Source: an uncultured Gammaproteobacteria bacterium (GTDB lineage: Bacteria > Pseudomonadota > Gammaproteobacteria > JACCXJ01). From it: a stretch of 64,000 nucleotides of DNA. Location: the NCBI GenBank assembly GCA_963764725.1, contig CAVXTM010000016.1, positions 224,001 through 288,000 of the forward strand, in the 5' to 3' direction. A model generated the notes under the pieces. It saw only the letters and a list, made by a program, of their open reading frames with translations. It made no database searches and had not been told where the DNA came from. Each line of letters starts with the position of its first letter. Position 1 is the stretch's first letter. Position numbers and translations under genes: made by a program. Below, in pieces: positions 61,999 to 64,000 of the stretch.

Positions 61999-62159
61999 GT
62001 TCTACAAACGCTTGCCGCGCAGGCCACGCCTAAGCCAGCTCCGAGGCGCTACCGGGTCGCCGTCCTGCGCTTTGACCCCTAGGTCCTGTTTGCAACCGAC
62101 GCGCGTGGGAGTAGAGTGACGGTATCTGCTCAAGAACAACAACGGAGCCCGCCGCTGCC

Positions 62160-62860
62160 ATGCGAGTCCTCGCCGTTCATCCGAGCCCCCTCATGTATAC
62201 CCGGATCTACCTGCGCCTCGAGCCGCTCGGGCTCGAGCTGGTCGCGCAGGCCGTGCGGCGCGCGGGCCATGAGGTGCGGATCATCGACCTACAGGTCGAG
62301 ACCCACCGCGATCTCTTCCGACTAATCGAGGGTTGGGCACCGGAGGTCATAGCCTTCTCGTGCAATTACCTCGCGAATATCCCGGAGATAGTGGACCTCG
62401 CCAAGGTCATCAAGGCGGCCCGGCCCCGCTGCTTCGTCTGCGTCGGCGGGCACAGCGCCTCGTTCGTCGCCGAGGAGCTTATCGAGCATGGTGCCGGAGC
62501 CATCGACTGCGTGCTCCGCGGTGAGGGGGAGGCCGGGATCGGCCGGCTTCTCTTGGCCGTCGAGAACGACCGCCGGGCATTAGCCAAGGTGCCGGGCACG
62601 GTGAGCCCGGAGGGACGCGGCCCGCCGCCGATCTTCGTGCAGAGATGCTATGGAAGTTCAACAGCGTCTATGACCCGCGCTTGCAGATCGCCGATCACGA
62701 GCGGCCGGCCAGCTACGAAATACGGCTGCCGCCGCCACCCCAGGAGCGCGTCGAGCGGGCGCAGCTCTACGTCCACGCGACCCGCGGCCGGCAGGGACGC
62801 GCTACCGACGAGGCCACCGAGCGCTTCGTCGAGGAGACCCGCATGGGGACCGGCGGCTAA
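62160..62860 (+). pseudogene. hpnR: Hopanoid C-3 methylase remnant: B12-binding N-terminus joined to the extreme C-terminus, radical SAM domain deleted
   Basis: MRVLAVHPSPLMYTRIYLRLEPLGLE...GGHSAS...GEGE, then MLWKFNSVYDP...DH.RP..Y...LPPP; no CxxxCxxC motif. Confidence 0.75.
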
Positions 62861-63031
62861 GGAGAAAAAGGGGACGATACGGAACAATTCACGGTGTTCT
62901 GCGAGAGACCAGCTAGGAATTTTGCTTGAACCGTGGGTATTTCGCTATTGGGATAGCCTCGTAGGCAGCCTGGCCTGTAATTTTAGCTATACGTGAAAGC
63001 TTCGGGTCAATAGCAAGCCTCGGGCTCAAGG

Positions 63032-63856
63032 TTAAACCATCGTTCCGAGAATGACGCTGGATGCTTTGAAGATCGCAACCGCCCGTTTACCGGCTTCAAG
63101 CCCAAGCGACTGAACGCTTGGATTGGTCACGATCGCGGCGATGCGCCCGCCGCCATCAATATCTAAGACCACCTCCGCGTTTACCGCTCCAGGAATCACA
63201 GAAGCAACGGTTCCATGGAGTTGGTTGCGGGCGGAAAGCTTGGCTCCATCAAAATCGCTAGCGATGATGATGGAAGATGCCTTAATAAGTGCGAACGCTT
63301 GACTGCCGACCCTCAGTCCGAGTGCCTCTGTGCTTTCTCGGGTCACAACGGCCACGATCCGAGTGTTCTTCCCCACTATAAGTTCGATTTCGTCGTTGAC
63401 CGCACCGCTCTTCACGGCAGTGACGACTCCGGAAAACTGGTTTCGGGCACTGCTTTTCATATTCAGGGTTCGCAGCAGATTAAGGTCGGACGTGAGGTCG
63501 ATGGCTTCATTGCTCAGCATTTGCACGAACCGTCGATGGGCCGCTTCGATCTGGCCGAAACGCTCGACGAGTTGAAGGCCTCGCGGTGTCAATTGCGTCC
63601 AGCCTCCGCCTCGGCCGCCGCTGCTTCGTTCAACCAGCGGTTCACCCGCCAGATTGTTCATGGTGTCGACCGCATCCCAGGCGGCCTTGTAGCTCATGCC
63701 AATCGCCTTGGCCGCCTGGGTGATCGAGCCTTTCTCCGCGATGGCGCGCAACAACCCCACGCGGCTACGGCCACCTAGGTTTTCGTCACCGACTTTCATC
63801 CAGACCGCGCCGTCCAGTTGAATGGGATCGTTAGCTTGATTGGCTGTTTTGGCCAT
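63032..63856 (-). CDS. modE: Molybdenum-responsive regulator (wHTH plus two TOBE domains)
   Basis: GSITQAAKAIGMSYKAAWDA, GGRGGG, and two SARNQ...KASS repeats. Confidence 0.95.
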   Translation of the reverse strand: MAKTANQANDPIQLDGAVWMKVGDENLGGRSRVGLLRAIAEKGSITQAAKAIGMSYKAAWDAVDTMNNLAGEPLVERSSGGRGGGWTQLTPRGLQLVERFGQIEAAHRRFVQMLSNEAIDLTSDLNLLRTLNMKSSARNQFSGVVTAVKSGAVNDEIELIVGKNTRIVAVVTRESTEALGLRVGSQAFALIKASSIIIASDFDGAKLSARNQLHGTVASVIPGAVNAEVVLDIDGGGRIAAIVTNPSVQSLGLEAGKRAVAIFKASSVILGTMV

Positions 63857-64000
63857 GAGAATTCCGGATAACCGTTACGGCATCTGTTGCTTGCGGGCGA
63901 AAGCAGACTGGGAACTCGTCACAGTTCGCGCATCGACAAGACCTTGCACATGGCATGGTATTCATCAACATTCAAGCCCAGCGTGCGAACCGAGGCCGGT

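Noticed and set aside
1-64000. CRISPR array, rRNA or tRNA genes
   Set aside because: No regularly spaced repeat-spacer run or recognisable structural RNA gene was seen by eye.

Overview
GC-rich bacterial window, most consistent with a gammaproteobacterium (system I ccmA-I operon, class I adenylate cyclase, rubredoxin/rubredoxin reductase, Slp, ModE); the taxon is inferred, not proven. It has three parts. (1) Bases 1-31.9 kb are an accessory, partly decayed region: a DUF3141/MaoC-Pta/AckA/FabI/CoA-transferase operon, an IS1380 remnant in a class I aldolase, phosphoketolase, a GH130 enzyme, an apparently motif-permuted mannose-6-P isomerase plus phosphomannomutase, a cluster of secreted or membrane proteins (FGE-type, OprB, DUF3300/DUF2950, Rap1a-like), a glutaminase-STAS-cNMP fusion and a GGDEF-EAL protein. 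(2) Bases 31.9-47.3 kb are intact housekeeping genes. (3) Bases 47.3-64 kb are a defence/mobile island: a heavily frameshifted type I R-M operon with a RAYT remnant inside it, a run of attC sites without an integrase that carries a PD-(D/E)xK nuclease cassette, an unusual IS-like element, a deleted hpnR, and modE. The best candidates for undescribed biology are: (a) the 60370-61998 element, whose Rep-like protein lacks recognisable DDE motifs and whose left end is repeated (18/20 nt) in the right flank; (b) a 373-bp structured, apparently non-coding element present twice (15344-15716, and internally deleted at 6293-6489) that cuts into genes at similar junction sequences; (c) the permuted phosphomannose isomerase. 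Many single-base frameshifts look like sequencing or consensus errors, so pseudogene calls that rest on them are provisional. All family assignments come from motif recognition by eye; no searches were run.
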